This document shows, in pieces, positions 24,770-37,125 of a stretch of DNA of 64,000 nucleotides. The notes below the pieces were generated by a model, which was not told the DNA's origin, ran no database searches, and was given only the letters and a program-made list of their open reading frames with translations. How positions within the stretch are numbered: the stretch's first letter is position 1; every line of letters begins with the position of its first letter. A program made the translations under genes and the position numbers. The stretch is from Chiloscyllium plagiosum. Taxonomy: Eukaryota. The DNA lies in the NCBI RefSeq assembly GCF_004010195.1, contig NC_057718.1, forward strand, positions 87,416,606 through 87,480,605. The letters run 5' to 3'.

Positions 24770-25325
24770 TCCTTTATTATTGAGAAGGATTAGAAATAAA
24801 AATAATATTAAGCTTCTGTTATACAGGGCATTGAGATTGGATCTCAAATACTTAGTGTAGTTTTGACCGAAGGAAGGATGTATATGTGTTAGAGACTTAT
24901 TTTCATATTTGGGAGTGAGCAGATTTCTTAGGAATGGTTGGACAGACTGCGCTTGCTTCCATTGAAATTTAGAAGAGTCGAGTGACTTAATTGAAGTGTG
25001 TAAGATCATGGAAATCTTAAACATGGATATGAAAAGAAATTCCTCTTTTGGGTGAGTCCAGAGTTGTTTAAAAATTAGGAGTCACCTTTTTAGTGTATGG
25101 AGCAGAAGTATTTTGAAGGTTGAACCTCCGAAGACAGTAGAAGTGGTACCAGTAAATGCAACAATATATTGATTACTTTGAATAATCAGAATCTTAAGGT
25201 TACTGGAGAGATAACAATGTGGAATTCAAAACATAAACCAATTGATCACAATCTTTTTGAATGGCAGAGCAGACTTGAGTGGCCAGATGTCATAGTGTAC
25301 TCCTAATTCATATGTTCATGTATGT
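24770..25325 (+). mobile_element. Old CR1 3' remnant
   Basis: GAAATTTAGAAGAGTCGAGTGACTTAATTGAAGTGTGTAAGAT (RR.RGDLIEVYK-like) followed by a CR1-like 3' UTR. Confidence 0.6.
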
Positions 25326-25864
25326 AAATGCAGCCTTACAAGCTCAATGCAGACAGAGTGCAGCAAAACTGTTCTCTAGGATAGTGCCTAGCCCTGTTAC
25401 ATCATGGTTTCCTATGTATAATGCAAATTTGTAAATTGACCAAACAGCTGTTGCTTTTGGATCTATGAAAAGTGCCTCATGTTTCCCTGAACAATTCTGA
25501 CTGTACACGTAGCTATGTTGTCTTAAGTTGGTTGTTTGCTAATCAGGGTTACTAGTCATTTACAGATGCTGGAAGCAACATACATTCAAGTATAAGGACT
25601 CTTACTTTGTGAATGAGATTGTAGAGTCCTAATTTCATATTTGCCCTGCTTAATATTATTTCTATTTAATTTTTATTCTTTGGGGCCTGTTTTTTCACTT
25701 TCCATTACAATTCTTTTAGTGCCATTTGCATGCGTTACCAATGTTCATTACATTGCACATGAATGCCTTGTACTGCAGTGCTTACATCCCAGATACTGGA
25801 CATATATATTCTGATTATGGGCAAGGGACACCAAATTGTCCACCTGGCCTCTTACTCCCCAGTT

Positions 25865-26336
25865 TAGAGTCATAGAGATGCACAGCACCGAAACAAACCC
25901 TTCAGTCCAACTTGTCCATGCCGACCAGATATCCCAACCCAATCTAGTCCCACCTGCCAGCACCCAGCCCATATCCCTACAACCCCTTCCTGTTCATATA
26001 TCCATTCAGGTGCCTTTTAAATGTTGCAGTTGTACTAGCCCTACACTACTTCCTCTGGCAGCTCATTCCATACATGTACCACCATCTGTGTGAAAAGGTT
26101 GCTCCTTAGGTCTTTTTTTTTAATATCTTTCCCCTCTCACCCAAAATCTATGCCCACTAGTCCTGGACTCCCCTCCCCCGCCCCAGTGAAAAGACTTTTG
26201 ACTATTTACCCTATTCATGCCCCTCAGGATTTTATAAGCCTCTGTAAGGTCACCCCTCAGCCTCCGACCCTCCAAGGAAAACAGCCCTAGCATATTCAAC
26301 CTCTCCCTATAGCTCAAATCCTCCAACCCTGGCAAC
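25865..26336 (-). mobile_element. CR1 3' fragment
   Basis: Minus [39 protein letters not shown] plus CTCTATGACTCTA tail. Confidence 0.9.
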
Positions 26337-28276
26337 AGTTTGTTCTTTTAGTATCCAGATCTGGTTTTTCCTTTGGTTCTGACTTTGCTCCTGAGTCCTT
26401 GCCTTCCTCCTGAATTTGTACTGAAATCCTGGACTCCAACTAATAACAGATGTTTGTCTGCGTAGGTAGCTCTGGGAGTCCAACTGCATTAACCACCTTC
26501 TGCCACTAGATGGAGCCTGCCTAATCTATAATACTATTATATAACATAAATTATTTCTTTTATATTTTTAAATTTTGTTTTTTGATTTGCCAATGTAAGG
26601 ACTTAACCATTTAATGTATAGGTGGCATTGTATGTTAACTTGGAGGATGAAGGTATAATATTTCAATTTTTTTTCTCTTCTAAAGAAGGCTGTACAGAAC
26701 CAAACTGTCTAGTTTTAACATTGATTTCTATTGTTATCACAGATTCACTTAAAGTATTTTCACTTAGTCATGATTGTTGGAAATGCATCTCAAGTTGCAA
26801 GTGTAATTGAAAAAGCACACTAGTCTTGAATATGCAGGATGTCCTTACTTACAATTGTTTTGAATTGTCTGAAAGCATGGGAGTCTGTAGTTCCTATTTG
26901 CTTTCTTCGTAGTAACAACTTGGTCAATCAAGATTAACTTGACCTTTTCTGCACTTTTTCTCCTGTGGTATTGTTGTGATCATTAAAACTTTGGGATTCT
27001 CACGTCTGTCTTGAGTGTAAGGTGGAAAGATTCAGCAACATGACTTTTGTTTTAGAAATTATGATGAAGATTCCTGATATATTAATATTACTTCAATATT
27101 TGGGTACTTAGATGGACACAAGCATGAATAAATTTGTTTGATTTGTATTTCTGTATTGTATGATAAGGCAAAGACATGGTTTTGGTTTAGGTTTTACGTT
27201 CTGAGTGTGCTTTTGGGTTGTCTGGAAATTTGTTTATATGAATTTAAATAAGACTTTAAAAATACCTTAAGGTAGGTAGTTCATTGCTTTAAAACTAAGG
27301 GTAGGGGGAGGGCTGTTGCTGAGCAGCAATATGTGCTATGACAATGTTTCCTCTTAATGATTAGGATCTTAGGATTTGATAAAGAACAAAATTGCATAGA
27401 CACTAGCTTTGGCTCAACCACCTACTTGTTTATTAAAATAAACCACCTGATACCCTCAAATACCTCTAAAGTAGTTTAAAATATCAACACCTTGATTACT
27501 TTTAATAATTTAAAACCCTCCACAATTCAGCCTTAGCTCCCACCTGAAGCTCGAAAACTTACTAGAAAAAGCCTTGACATGAAAAAATACAGGCACAACT
27601 CTACATCTGAGCCCCAACAGCAATCAATTCAGACCCAAACCACCTGGATTTGTTTATTTCTTTCAAATGTTTTAAACCTTTAACAACATCTCTAATTTGG
27701 CTGATAATATACAATCCTCTTTCTGTTGTGAATTGCAAATGAACCAGATTGATAGTCCCTGAACTTTCTTCCAGTTACAATAAAGTTCTTTCATTTTTGC
27801 CTCTTGTTATAATTATTCATACCAAACATATCACAATCGCATTAAACACATCTTAATTGTCCACACTATTCTTAATGTCTAATAGCTAATCATCTTTAGT
27901 GTATCGTACTATTAGTTCAAATGAGTATGACGAGTGAAACAAGCAATTATTTTCCATTGGAAAACTAATTCAGAGAACATGATCGGATCGCAAAGTTCTC
28001 AACATCTCTCCTCCTGTTTAGAAATAGCTCTGCAAACAACATTTGGCTTTGAGAATCTTTCTCCCCAACACCGTCTTTCTCCCCACCCCCACCCACCACC
28101 ACCAAAAGTAACAAGGTATCAAGTGTATTAACAGCCAGATTTCAATACTAATGATCAATCTCTTGATTGCATCAGACAATGCAAGAAATGGCATTTTTCA
28201 AGTAAACAGGATCCCATGAAAGCAGTCAGACAATGTTGAATTCCGTTTGAGTATTGTCTTTACTTAATGTCTGAAC

Positions 28277-29175
28277 TTCATAAGTTCATAAGATATAGGA
28301 TCAGAGTTAGATCATTCAGCCCATCGGGTCTGCTCCACCATTCGATCATGGCTGATGTGTTCCTCACTCCCATTTTCCTGCCTTCTCTCCATATCCCCTC
28401 GACCATTACCAATTTAAAATCTGTCTAGCTCTTCCTTAAATTTACTCACTGTCCTAGTATCTGCCACACTTTGGGATAGTGAATTTCACAGATTCTCAAT
28501 CCCTTGGGAGAAAAAGTTTCTCCTCCACTCTGGTTTAAATATGCTACCCCTTATCCTAAGACTATGACCTCTCGCCCTAGAATGCTCCACAAGTGGAAGC
28601 AGTTGCTTCACGTCTATTTTATCCACACCTTTTATCATCTTGAATATCTCAATTTGATCTCCCCTCATTCTTCTAAATTCCAGAGGGTATACGCCTAAAC
28701 TGTTCGATGTCTTTTCATATGACTGACCCTTCATCTCTGAAATCAATCTAGTAAACCTCCTCTGAACTGCTTCCAATGCCACTACATCTTTCCTCAAATA
28801 AGGGGACCAAAACTGTGCAATACTCCAGGTGTGGTCGCGCCAATACCTTGTATAGTTGCAACAATACTTCCTTACCTTTACATTCTATTCCTTTAGCTAA
28901 AAAAAAGCCAACATTCCATTCACTTTCTTTATTATCTACTGTACCTGCGTCTTGGTTTTCTGTGACTCATGAACCAGTACACCTAGATCATTCTGTGCTG
29001 AGCACCCCAAAAGTTTCCCTATTAAGATCATGGATCAAAATAAAAGGGAAGGTAACCTAAGTGCATGGTCTCTCACTTACCCACGTTAAACTCCATCTGC
29101 CACATAATGGCCCACTCTCCTAACCTATTTATATATATATTTGTAAGGGTCTTGTTTCCTCACTACTGCATGGTC
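28277..29175 (-). mobile_element. CR1 3' fragment (second subfamily)
   Basis: Minus ORF RKDVVALEAVQRRFTRLI...RRMRGDQIEIFKMIKG. CTTATGAA-type tail. Confidence 0.9.
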
Positions 29176-29250
29176 CACCTTTCTGCTTGTATTGAGAGGG
29201 TTGGCATTTATTTCATAATACTACTAAAAATGGTTTTTGGGGTTTTTTAA

Positions 29251-30258
29251 TGTTCTATAATTTTTCTAATTGGAGGGTATTCTGATTCCACAAATGCAAG
29301 GAAAGAGAAACCGGTTCTTTGCGTCATTAAAAACTGAATTATTCAGAAGGTCAGTGAGAACGCATGCTCTTTCCCTGAGACAAGCAGGTCATTCAGAGAG
29401 AAAAGGGCCAATATTATCAGCAGTGCAGTTTAGCAGGCTGTAAAACAGCCATGGCTGAAGAATAGAAGTCCTAAGCAGCTTAGAAGTTAGTGGAAGATAA
29501 GTTCCAGAAGCAGTGGGTTTTAAATATAACTTCCCAAAGTGGTGTTGGGGTCAGGTCCCAAGCTGAAATTTTAGTGCCCAGCTCTGATGTAGCAAACAAT
29601 GTCATTTGGCTCCGACCAGGTTGTAACAGCTGTGCTGCAGCTCTAACTGGCCTTTGTGGTTATGGTCCCCTAAACTGTTCCCACTGAAGATTTGTGACAC
29701 TTTGAAAGCCTCAATATGGGATCAGAATGGGAACCGTTTGCAAAGCACTTCAAGTTTTCAGAGAGGAAAATGTCTTATAAGACTGTTGAATGCATGTATT
29801 TAAAGAACATGCAAAAAAACAAGTCCATTGTATTAGAACTTTATTTAAAGGTTTAAGTGACGTCAACGAAAGAAGATTGCATCGAGTGAATACAAAAGTT
29901 TGCCAGAAAGAAACCAATTATAGCTGTGACCACTGAGCAAGTAATTTTCAAATGGAAACAGGCTGACCTCCAAGGCTCGAGTATCTGTAAGGTTGTTGAG
30001 GGTTAAGAAGTTGAAACTTTATTTCTGACATTTGTAATAAGACCATTTCAGAGTTCTTACACAGAGTAAAATAGTTTGTTTTTTATCCTTTTTGTGTGTA
30101 ATAAATTGTTCTTTTGTTAAAGTATATTGACAGCTGCTTGTGAGTATGTTTAGTGACTGAACTCTACACCAAACAAATTGCTTATATAAAACTTCTAGTC
30201 TATCCAGCCATATTTCTCAGAAATCTGACTCATCCAGCCATCAGCTGGGAACATAATA
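29251..30258 (+). mobile_element. Possible solo LTR (about 1 kb)
   Basis: Starts TG, has AATAAA near 30100, ends ATCAGCTGGGAACATAATA (decayed ...AACA). No TSD seen and boundaries are uncertain. Confidence 0.3.
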
Positions 30259-31674
30259 TTCTCTACAACCAAGCAGCTACAGAATTGTAATGCTTTGGCA
30301 GATGGAGGTATGATCCCCAGTAGAGCACTTAACTTCAGAAGGGAGGCATCATATTTCATGTGAGCAAATGGTTTAATTTAAGGTTGATTGATGTGTTATG
30401 TAAATCATTGGCATGAATCTGTGACCCAGAATTTCCTGAAAATTGTGCCATAGTATTGTTACACTATGGGCTTAGTGCAAAAATTTCTGAAAAGACCAAC
30501 CTCTATTTTGTGCTAACTGTCATGCCACACCATAGTTGTTTGTGCTGTGTTCACTGAAAACATGCCATAGCCTTTAGAACTTGCTGTTTATATAATGTAG
30601 GTATTCAGACCTCACCACTGATCATTAACATATAACTCAAATTATACCATTTTCTTAAGAGTTGTGATGAATTTCTTTGAAAAGAGGTTAATCCTTCAAG
30701 TCTAAATGAGAGTCCATTAAAACTCTGCAAGCCACTCCTCCATTCAAACTGTCAATGGTCAGTAACGTACTGGAATGGAATTACCTTAATTGTCAAATAT
30801 AGGAATGCTGGGGGATGTCATATTTTTGCATAGGTTAGTTATGGGCATTGGATTTGAGTTGAAAGGATATCAGAAACAAAGTTTGATTTGTGAGTTATCA
30901 TATTCCATTTGAGTTTTAATAAGATTATAAATTATAATGGATAATATAACTAAATGTGCAAAAATTGGTCACTGCATTGCAAAGGGAAAACAAATTCCCA
31001 TTGCCCTCAGCAGTTAGATGGATTTCAAATCAAATTTCACTGTTAATGTAATAGTTTAATTGTGTTAGGTAACTGATATAAATCCAAGCTAGTCACATGG
31101 CTTCCAATGCCAGCCTCTTGAGTTTTCCGTTACCTTTAATTTCCTTTTCCAGTAATTAACTGTACATAGTGTGCTGATAATATTCGAGCTTTGGGTTAGA
31201 TGCATCCAATCTATTTCCATGTTTATTGATCAAAATGGAATGAGTTTAGATAAATTAATAAATGTTTTTGCATTTCCTTAGTGCAGCATCTGTTTTCAGG
31301 GATATCAATTGAGATGTAATCTATGTATCATTTGACATTTTTTTTAAAAGGCTTGAAGTGAATTTATCTCCAGTAAACAATGTTTTGCCAACATTTGCAT
31401 TTCTATATGTTGTAACACTGCTCAACTTGCATGCGCAAAATGTAATCTAACTGATTTATTTACTGTAAAATATTTTTGTAGTATTGATTTTGAAAAGTTA
31501 TTAGTGTTGTCTTTGCTGAAAAGGCCAGCATTTATTACTATGCTTTCAGAAGGTTTGATACAGCTGTTTGATCATCACAAAGAGAAATTAGTTAACTATG
31601 TTGGCGCGTGACTGGAGTAACATATATACAAGTAAAAATGCCAAGTTTATATCCTTATGGGGATGTGTGAACTC

Positions 31675-31977
31675 ACTGAACTTTACTTCAATTCAACAGC
31701 ATTAAAATCTCTTTTGCTGCCAGTTTTTTTTTTAACTACACGTTTTGAGAACTCAGTTTAAATTCTCAAACTGGTTTCTCTGTTCCTTAGATTATTAGTC
31801 CAGGCTAGAATGCCTCATGCATACTTACTGAACTTTACTTCAATTCAACAGCATTAAAATCTCTTTTGCTTCCAGTTTTTTTTTAACTACAGGTTTTGAG
31901 AACTCAGTTTAAATTCTCAAACTGGTTTCTCTGTTCCTTAGATTATTAGTACAGGCTAGAATGCCTCATGCATACTT
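31675..31977. repeat. Two-copy tandem duplication (152 + 151 bp)
   Basis: 31675-31826 and 31827-31977 differ by three substitutions and one T in a homopolymer. Confidence 0.97.
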
Positions 31978-32707
31978 GCAACGCAAAACTTAATGGTAGA
32001 GCATGTCATCTCAAGACAGTCAAAAAGAAAATAGCTGCAAGGATATCTTGAAGGTTTCACTTAAGAGTCAAAGTAGATATCAAAACTCCTGAGAGACTTG
32101 CTGTACTGTCATGTCAATTGACATGCGACCTATGCACCATCTGACAATATTTTTCAGAAGGTTTTAAATTAATTTATCTCCTGTAAACAACATTTTAACA
32201 AATAAGAAATGTGCAGCCCCTTTTCAAAACAAGCTCCTATTAGAGGTAGTAAAAATAAGAGGTGGAAATCTCAAGGCAGTATTGCTTCCAAAGCATTCAT
32301 CTGTGGTAGCCTGCTATTTACACAAGAATATTAATATCGACCTTGGCATCATCCATGTACCCAGTGGAACACTGTCAAGCATCCCACATCATAAATATGG
32401 CCATCTGCCCCTCAAATGAAGTAGTGTTCAGGCTTTTGGATTATTAGGCTGGAAGCATAGCCAATATTGCACCCGAGATGCAGATTGATCAAGGGCTAAC
32501 TTTTCACATTTAACAAAGAAGAATCACCTTTTGAATTACTGAATTGTTTCTTTGAAATTAAAAAAAGTGTTCAACTAATTCATATACTGCTTGCATTGCC
32601 CTCTCTGGTACAGTACTACAGAGTAGTCTTCATGCAATTTATACTTGGAAACCAAATTTGCCATTAGATTGTTTGAAAATGTAGCTGAACCAGAAAGGGC
32701 CTCAAAT

Positions 32708-32870
32708 ACAAAAGCAAAGACTGTGAAGGTTGGAAATCTGAAACAAACACACTGCTGAGAAATTCACCAGGTTTGAAAGCATCCATGCAGATAGAAACAT
32801 TTTGAATCTGGTATGTCTCTTCAGAGCTAAAGTTCAGACCTGCTGTGGGGTTTCTCCAGCATTGCCTTAA
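32708..32870. mobile_element. Old fold-back Penelope terminal-repeat remnant
   Basis: TGCTGAGAAATTCACCAGGTTTGAA is partly complementary to TTCAGACCTGCTGTGGGGTTTCTCCAGCA. Confidence 0.5.
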
Positions 32871-33113
32871 GTTCTAAACCCCAGTTGACACTGAAATGAC
32901 CTCCATTCAGTAATATGATAGGATTTCTTCATTTGCCATTTTAACCTGACCAGAACGCACTCATCTCAAAGACAATTAGCAATGGCACTTGGGTGTGGTC
33001 AGGTTCAGATGTGTGAACTATCTCACCCATCAGCTTGAGAGGAGAACAAGAATATTGGTGAGCAAATTCAAACTTTCCTGTTTAGTTATTGTGATTTGAA
33101 GGTGGTTTCTTTT

Positions 33114-33844
33114 GTTGTGGTTCTGTTCACCGAGCTGGAAGTTTTTGTTGCAAACGTTTCATCCCCTGGCTAGGCGACATCATCAGTGCTTGGGAGCCTC
33201 CTGCGAAGCGCTTCTTTGATGTATCCTCCGGTGTTTATAGTGGTCTGTCCCTGCCGCTTCCAGTTGTCAGTTTCAGCTGTCCGCTGTAGTGGTTGATTTA
33301 TTGGGTCCAGGTCGATGTGTTTGTTGATGGAGTTTGTGGATGATGTAGTAGTGTACAAAGTACCATGCAAGGACTGCACAAAACACTATATAGGACAAAC
33401 AGGAAGACAGCTAACAATCCGCATACATGAACATCAACTAGCCACGAAACGACACGACCAGCTATCCTCAGTAGCCACACACGCAGACAACAAGCAACAT
33501 GAATTCGACTGGAACAACACTACTATCATAGGGCAAGCCAGACAGAGAACAGCCAGGGAATTCCTAGAGGCATAGCATTCATCCACAAACTCCATCAACA
33601 AACACATCGACCGGGACCCAATATACCAACCACTACAGCGGACAGCTGAAACTGACAACCGGAAGCGGCAGGGACAGACCACTATAAACACCGGAGGAAA
33701 CATCAAAGAAGCGCTTCGCAGGAGGCTCCCAAGCACTGATGATGTCGCCTAGCCAGGGGATGAAGCGTTTGCAACAAAAACTTCCAGCTCGGCAAACAGA
33801 ACCACAACAACGAGCACCCGAGCTACAAATCTTCACACAAACTT
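33114..33844 (+). mobile_element. Penelope-like element, 5'-truncated (GIY-YIG endonuclease fragment) with inverted 3' repeat and 11-bp TSD
   Basis: VVYKVPCKDCTKHYIGQTGRQLTIRIHEH...REFLEA, then TAG at 33573. Arms about 33112-33343 and 33579-33810. TGGTTTCTTTT at 33103-33113 and 33845-33855. Confidence 0.93.
33150..33189 (-). ncRNA. Minimal hammerhead ribozyme motif
   Basis: Minus strand reads GCA CTGATGA T GTCGCC TAGCCA GGGGAT GAAAC GTT TGC. The plus-strand mirror at 33733-33772 has GAAA changed to GAAG. Confidence 0.7.
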
Positions 33845-33971
33845 TGGTTTCTTTTCATGGAATGGTCATTGGATTTAATTTACAAGCGATGTAAGACAGT
33901 AATTATGCTCAATGCAATTTGTGCAACCTTTAAAGGCATCTTATTAATCAAATATGTTTTATCTTCTCTAG

Positions 33972-34097
33972 AATTAGAAGTACTCCATTAAAACAAGGGG
34001 CAGGCTATCAAGCTGAAGTGGTAATTCAATTGGTTTGGGTTAATGGCGAACCTCCACAGCAGATCAGCAGCCTGGCAGTGAATTCATCGTATGGACT
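33972..34097 (+). CDS. STXBP5: Tomosyn-1 exon (126 bp), IRSTPLKQGAGYQAEVVIQLVWVNGEPPQQISSLAVNSSYGL
   Basis: ttctctag|A ATT...GGA CT|gtaagt. Confidence 0.95.
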
Positions 34098-34389
34098 GTA
34101 AGTACCTGTCTTTCTGTTACTAAATCTCTTGATCATCTATGTGCAATAAACTGCATGGTACCTTCCTTCTGTAGGTTAAAATTTAATATTACATTATTGC
34201 TGAATATGCTTCCGGCTTTGGGTCCATTAGATCTCAAGTTAACTTTTGTTTCAAATCAACTTTTCTGTTTCTGAATGAGGTGAGACTAGGTACTAATCTG
34301 TTCATTCCCAATACTCTGAATTCCTGCCAGAGACTGTAGCCACCATATTGGCCAAGTTCATCTGGATGTTCTCACTGTAGTTATCACCC

Positions 34390-35055
34390 ACCTTTTCTTA
34401 TACTGTGCTCTTTCTGACCCTGTGTCTACATTTTCAAAACCCTCTTAATTTTCCTCTACTTGCTTGATGTTTGTTTGTCCTGTAAATCACATGCAATAGC
34501 TTCCCTTCCTACCTTTATGTCATTGCTTTTGAAGTCATGGGGATCCATCAGTGACCCCTTCCTCTTTCTCACTTGCAGCAACTTCATCCAAAAACAATCC
34601 ATCGTATTTTGCATGTTCTGAGATAACATCCAACTTGATCTCACGAGCACATTTCATCCCTTCTGCTGCCTCTAATTTGTTCCAGCTTACCTGACTTATT
34701 AAGCAAGAGGGTGAAATGTTAACGGACTAGCCGAGAATTCAGGTGAGGGTACAGTCAGATCAGCCATAATCTTATTGAATGGTGGAGCAGACTTGAGCTG
34801 AATAGCTTACCCTTTCAAATTTGCATGTTTGTGTGACACCAAGGATTACGTGGGCTCCATTTACAGCACTGAAGCCATTGTCTTCAATCCCCACCCCTAT
34901 CTCAGTTCCATAACTTCTAGCTCCATCCTTCTACATGATCACTTTGAAGCTGAGCCTAATAGTTGGTAATCTATCTGACCCGGAGGTCAGCATTTGACCC
35001 CATTGACCATGCCACCAGTGATGCCTGTTTTCATCTCATTGACATTGCCTGTTTT
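34390..35055 (+). mobile_element. Very old L2-like LINE RT remnant
   Basis: Degenerate traces of the QGS.LGP.LF and ADD.QL motifs (GGATCCATCAGTGACCCCTTCCTCTTTCTC; GATAACATCCAACTTGATCTC). Confidence 0.4.
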
Positions 35056-36830
35056 TTATTTGTTCCTGGGATCTGTGTGTTGCTGACAAGGCCAGCATTT
35101 GTTACCTAGCTTAATTACTCTTCAGAAAATGTTAGTGAATGAGCCATAGCAGCCCATTTGGTGTAGGTTCATGCAATTGACTTGGGAGTGCAGGATAAGG
35201 ATGAAACTTGCAGGAGGTGGTATTTCTCTGTTCCCCTTCTAGGTGATGGAAATGAGCAAGAGGTGATGTTTAAAGAGCTTTCATGAGCACACCTTGCAGA
35301 TGTGCTTACTGCTGTCTCTGCATCAGATGGAGTGAGTTAATATTTAAGATGATGGATGGATGGCTGAGGAGGTGGTCTGTTTTGTTCTGGATGCTGTCCA
35401 GCTTCCTGAGTGGTAAGCCACACTCACCCAGGCCATTGAAGAGTATTTCAACATGTTCCTGATGTGTGCCAAGTAGGTTGTGCTCAGGCTTTGGAATGTG
35501 AGAACAAGAGGTGAGTTACATTCCTAAGAATTCAAAGCTCAGGCATGTTTTTCCAGTTTATAATATTTATATAACTAGTTCAGTTCAATATCTGAGCGTA
35601 GGTAACTTCCCAGAATATAGATGCTGAGGTTTCAATGATGGTAATGTGGTTAAACCTCAAGGGGAGATGTTTGAATTTAGAGTCGGGTATTGCCTGTCAC
35701 TTGTGTGGCTTGAATTAACTTCCTGAATCTCTGAGGGTGTAATACCAAGGGTAGTCGTATGGGGTCAATCAATGAGATTATGACTGATCTGTGATGTAAT
35801 TCTAACTGGCAATGTATTTCACTATTTCACATGCCCTCCCTCTCCTCTTCTGGTCCTTGCCCCTTACTCGTTCACTCCCTGTCTCCCTCACCCACTCCTC
35901 CTTTAAGACTCTTCTCAAAATCTACCTTTGGACCAAGTTTGGGTTCAGTTTCCCTTTCTGATGGGCGTATTGACCCAGTTGCTGTGCTCCAGAAACCCAG
36001 TGCATCTGTGTAAAGTCCAAAGCAAATTTCCCGAATGTATGCTATTGACATTCATTACAGACAATCAACTCATCCAAATTCCTATTTAAACTAGGGATGA
36101 ATAACTTTTTCATAGCTTTCCATTGACTTCAATTTTTCGAGATTTCTTTTGTGTTTTTGGTGAAATACTGTATTGCTGTGTAGGATGCTCACTTACCAGC
36201 TCTGATACACCTTTTACTTTCTGTCTAAGGCTGTAATCAGTTGTGATCCTGGTAAAACTCAGTATTGGTTAGCAAATTATTGTTCAGTGCATTCAGTTGG
36301 CACAATCGATTACACTTTTCCATCATCTTTGCTAATGTTGAAGCTAGGAGATGGACTGGTGATTGGCCAGATTGGATTTGTGCTAGTTTTTTGTGGGTGA
36401 CGTGCATCTGGACAATTGTCTAATGGTGCTCGGAGCTAGTTCTGGAGCACCAATTTTCAGGATGGCAATCAGTATGTTATTGAGGTTTGTAATACTACTT
36501 GTTTCCAGTCCTCTCAGCCAATTTTTGAGATCATGTGAGTGAGATATTTTGGCTGAAGACTGATTTTTCTAATGGTGGGGACCTGAGGAAAAGGCTGAAT
36601 TATCAACTTCCCACAGGTGACTGAAGGAACCTTTGGCTGGATATGGCCAGAGTGCAGGGCATGGATCCAATCCATTTTTTGTGGCGTCACTTGTGCGCTA
36701 ACTTCTTCAGCTTGGCACCTACATTTTCTTTAAGGATGCCTGATTCTAAAGATGGCATGTTCTGAACTCCTTCTGAAGCACAAATGGTTTGGTGGTGATC
36801 AAACAAGGGGTATATGTTAGAATATATTCA
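35055..36830 (-). mobile_element. Old LINE remnant sharing its 3' tail with the unassigned SINE family
   Basis: Tail AAGGCCAGCATTTGTTACC resembles the SINE tails at 22740, 31520 and 44680. No ORF left. Confidence 0.4.
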
Positions 36831-36973
36831 GTTGTTTTTAGCCAACTATCTGTAGGTTGTAGATGTGCATTCACTTGAAACGCTGGATTTTCAAGGAAGG
36901 AAGCAGGCTTTGAGTGTTTAGGATTTTCTAGTGCACAGAAGATATTGTATTAATAATGCATTTTTCTTTTTAG

Positions 36974-37125
36974 TTTGGTGTTTGGAAACTGTAATGGCAT
37001 TGCAATGGTTGATTACATTCAGAAAACTGTACTACTAAATCTGGGCACGATTGAACTATATGGATCAAATGATCCTTATCAGAGGCAACCAAAGTCCCCA
37101 CGCAAAACACGACAAACTTCAGGAG
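36974..37125 (+). CDS. STXBP5: Tomosyn-1 exon (152 bp), LVFGNCNGIAMVDYIQKTVLLNLGTIELYGSNDPYQRQPKSPRKTRQTSG
   Basis: tttttag| acceptor, GGA G|gtaagc donor. Overlaps ORF 36975..37262. Confidence 0.96.

Noticed and set aside
27330..28135. Possible minus-strand solo LTR (also 19410-19765)
   Set aside because: Composition is suggestive, but no TSD, PBS/PPT or second copy could be established.
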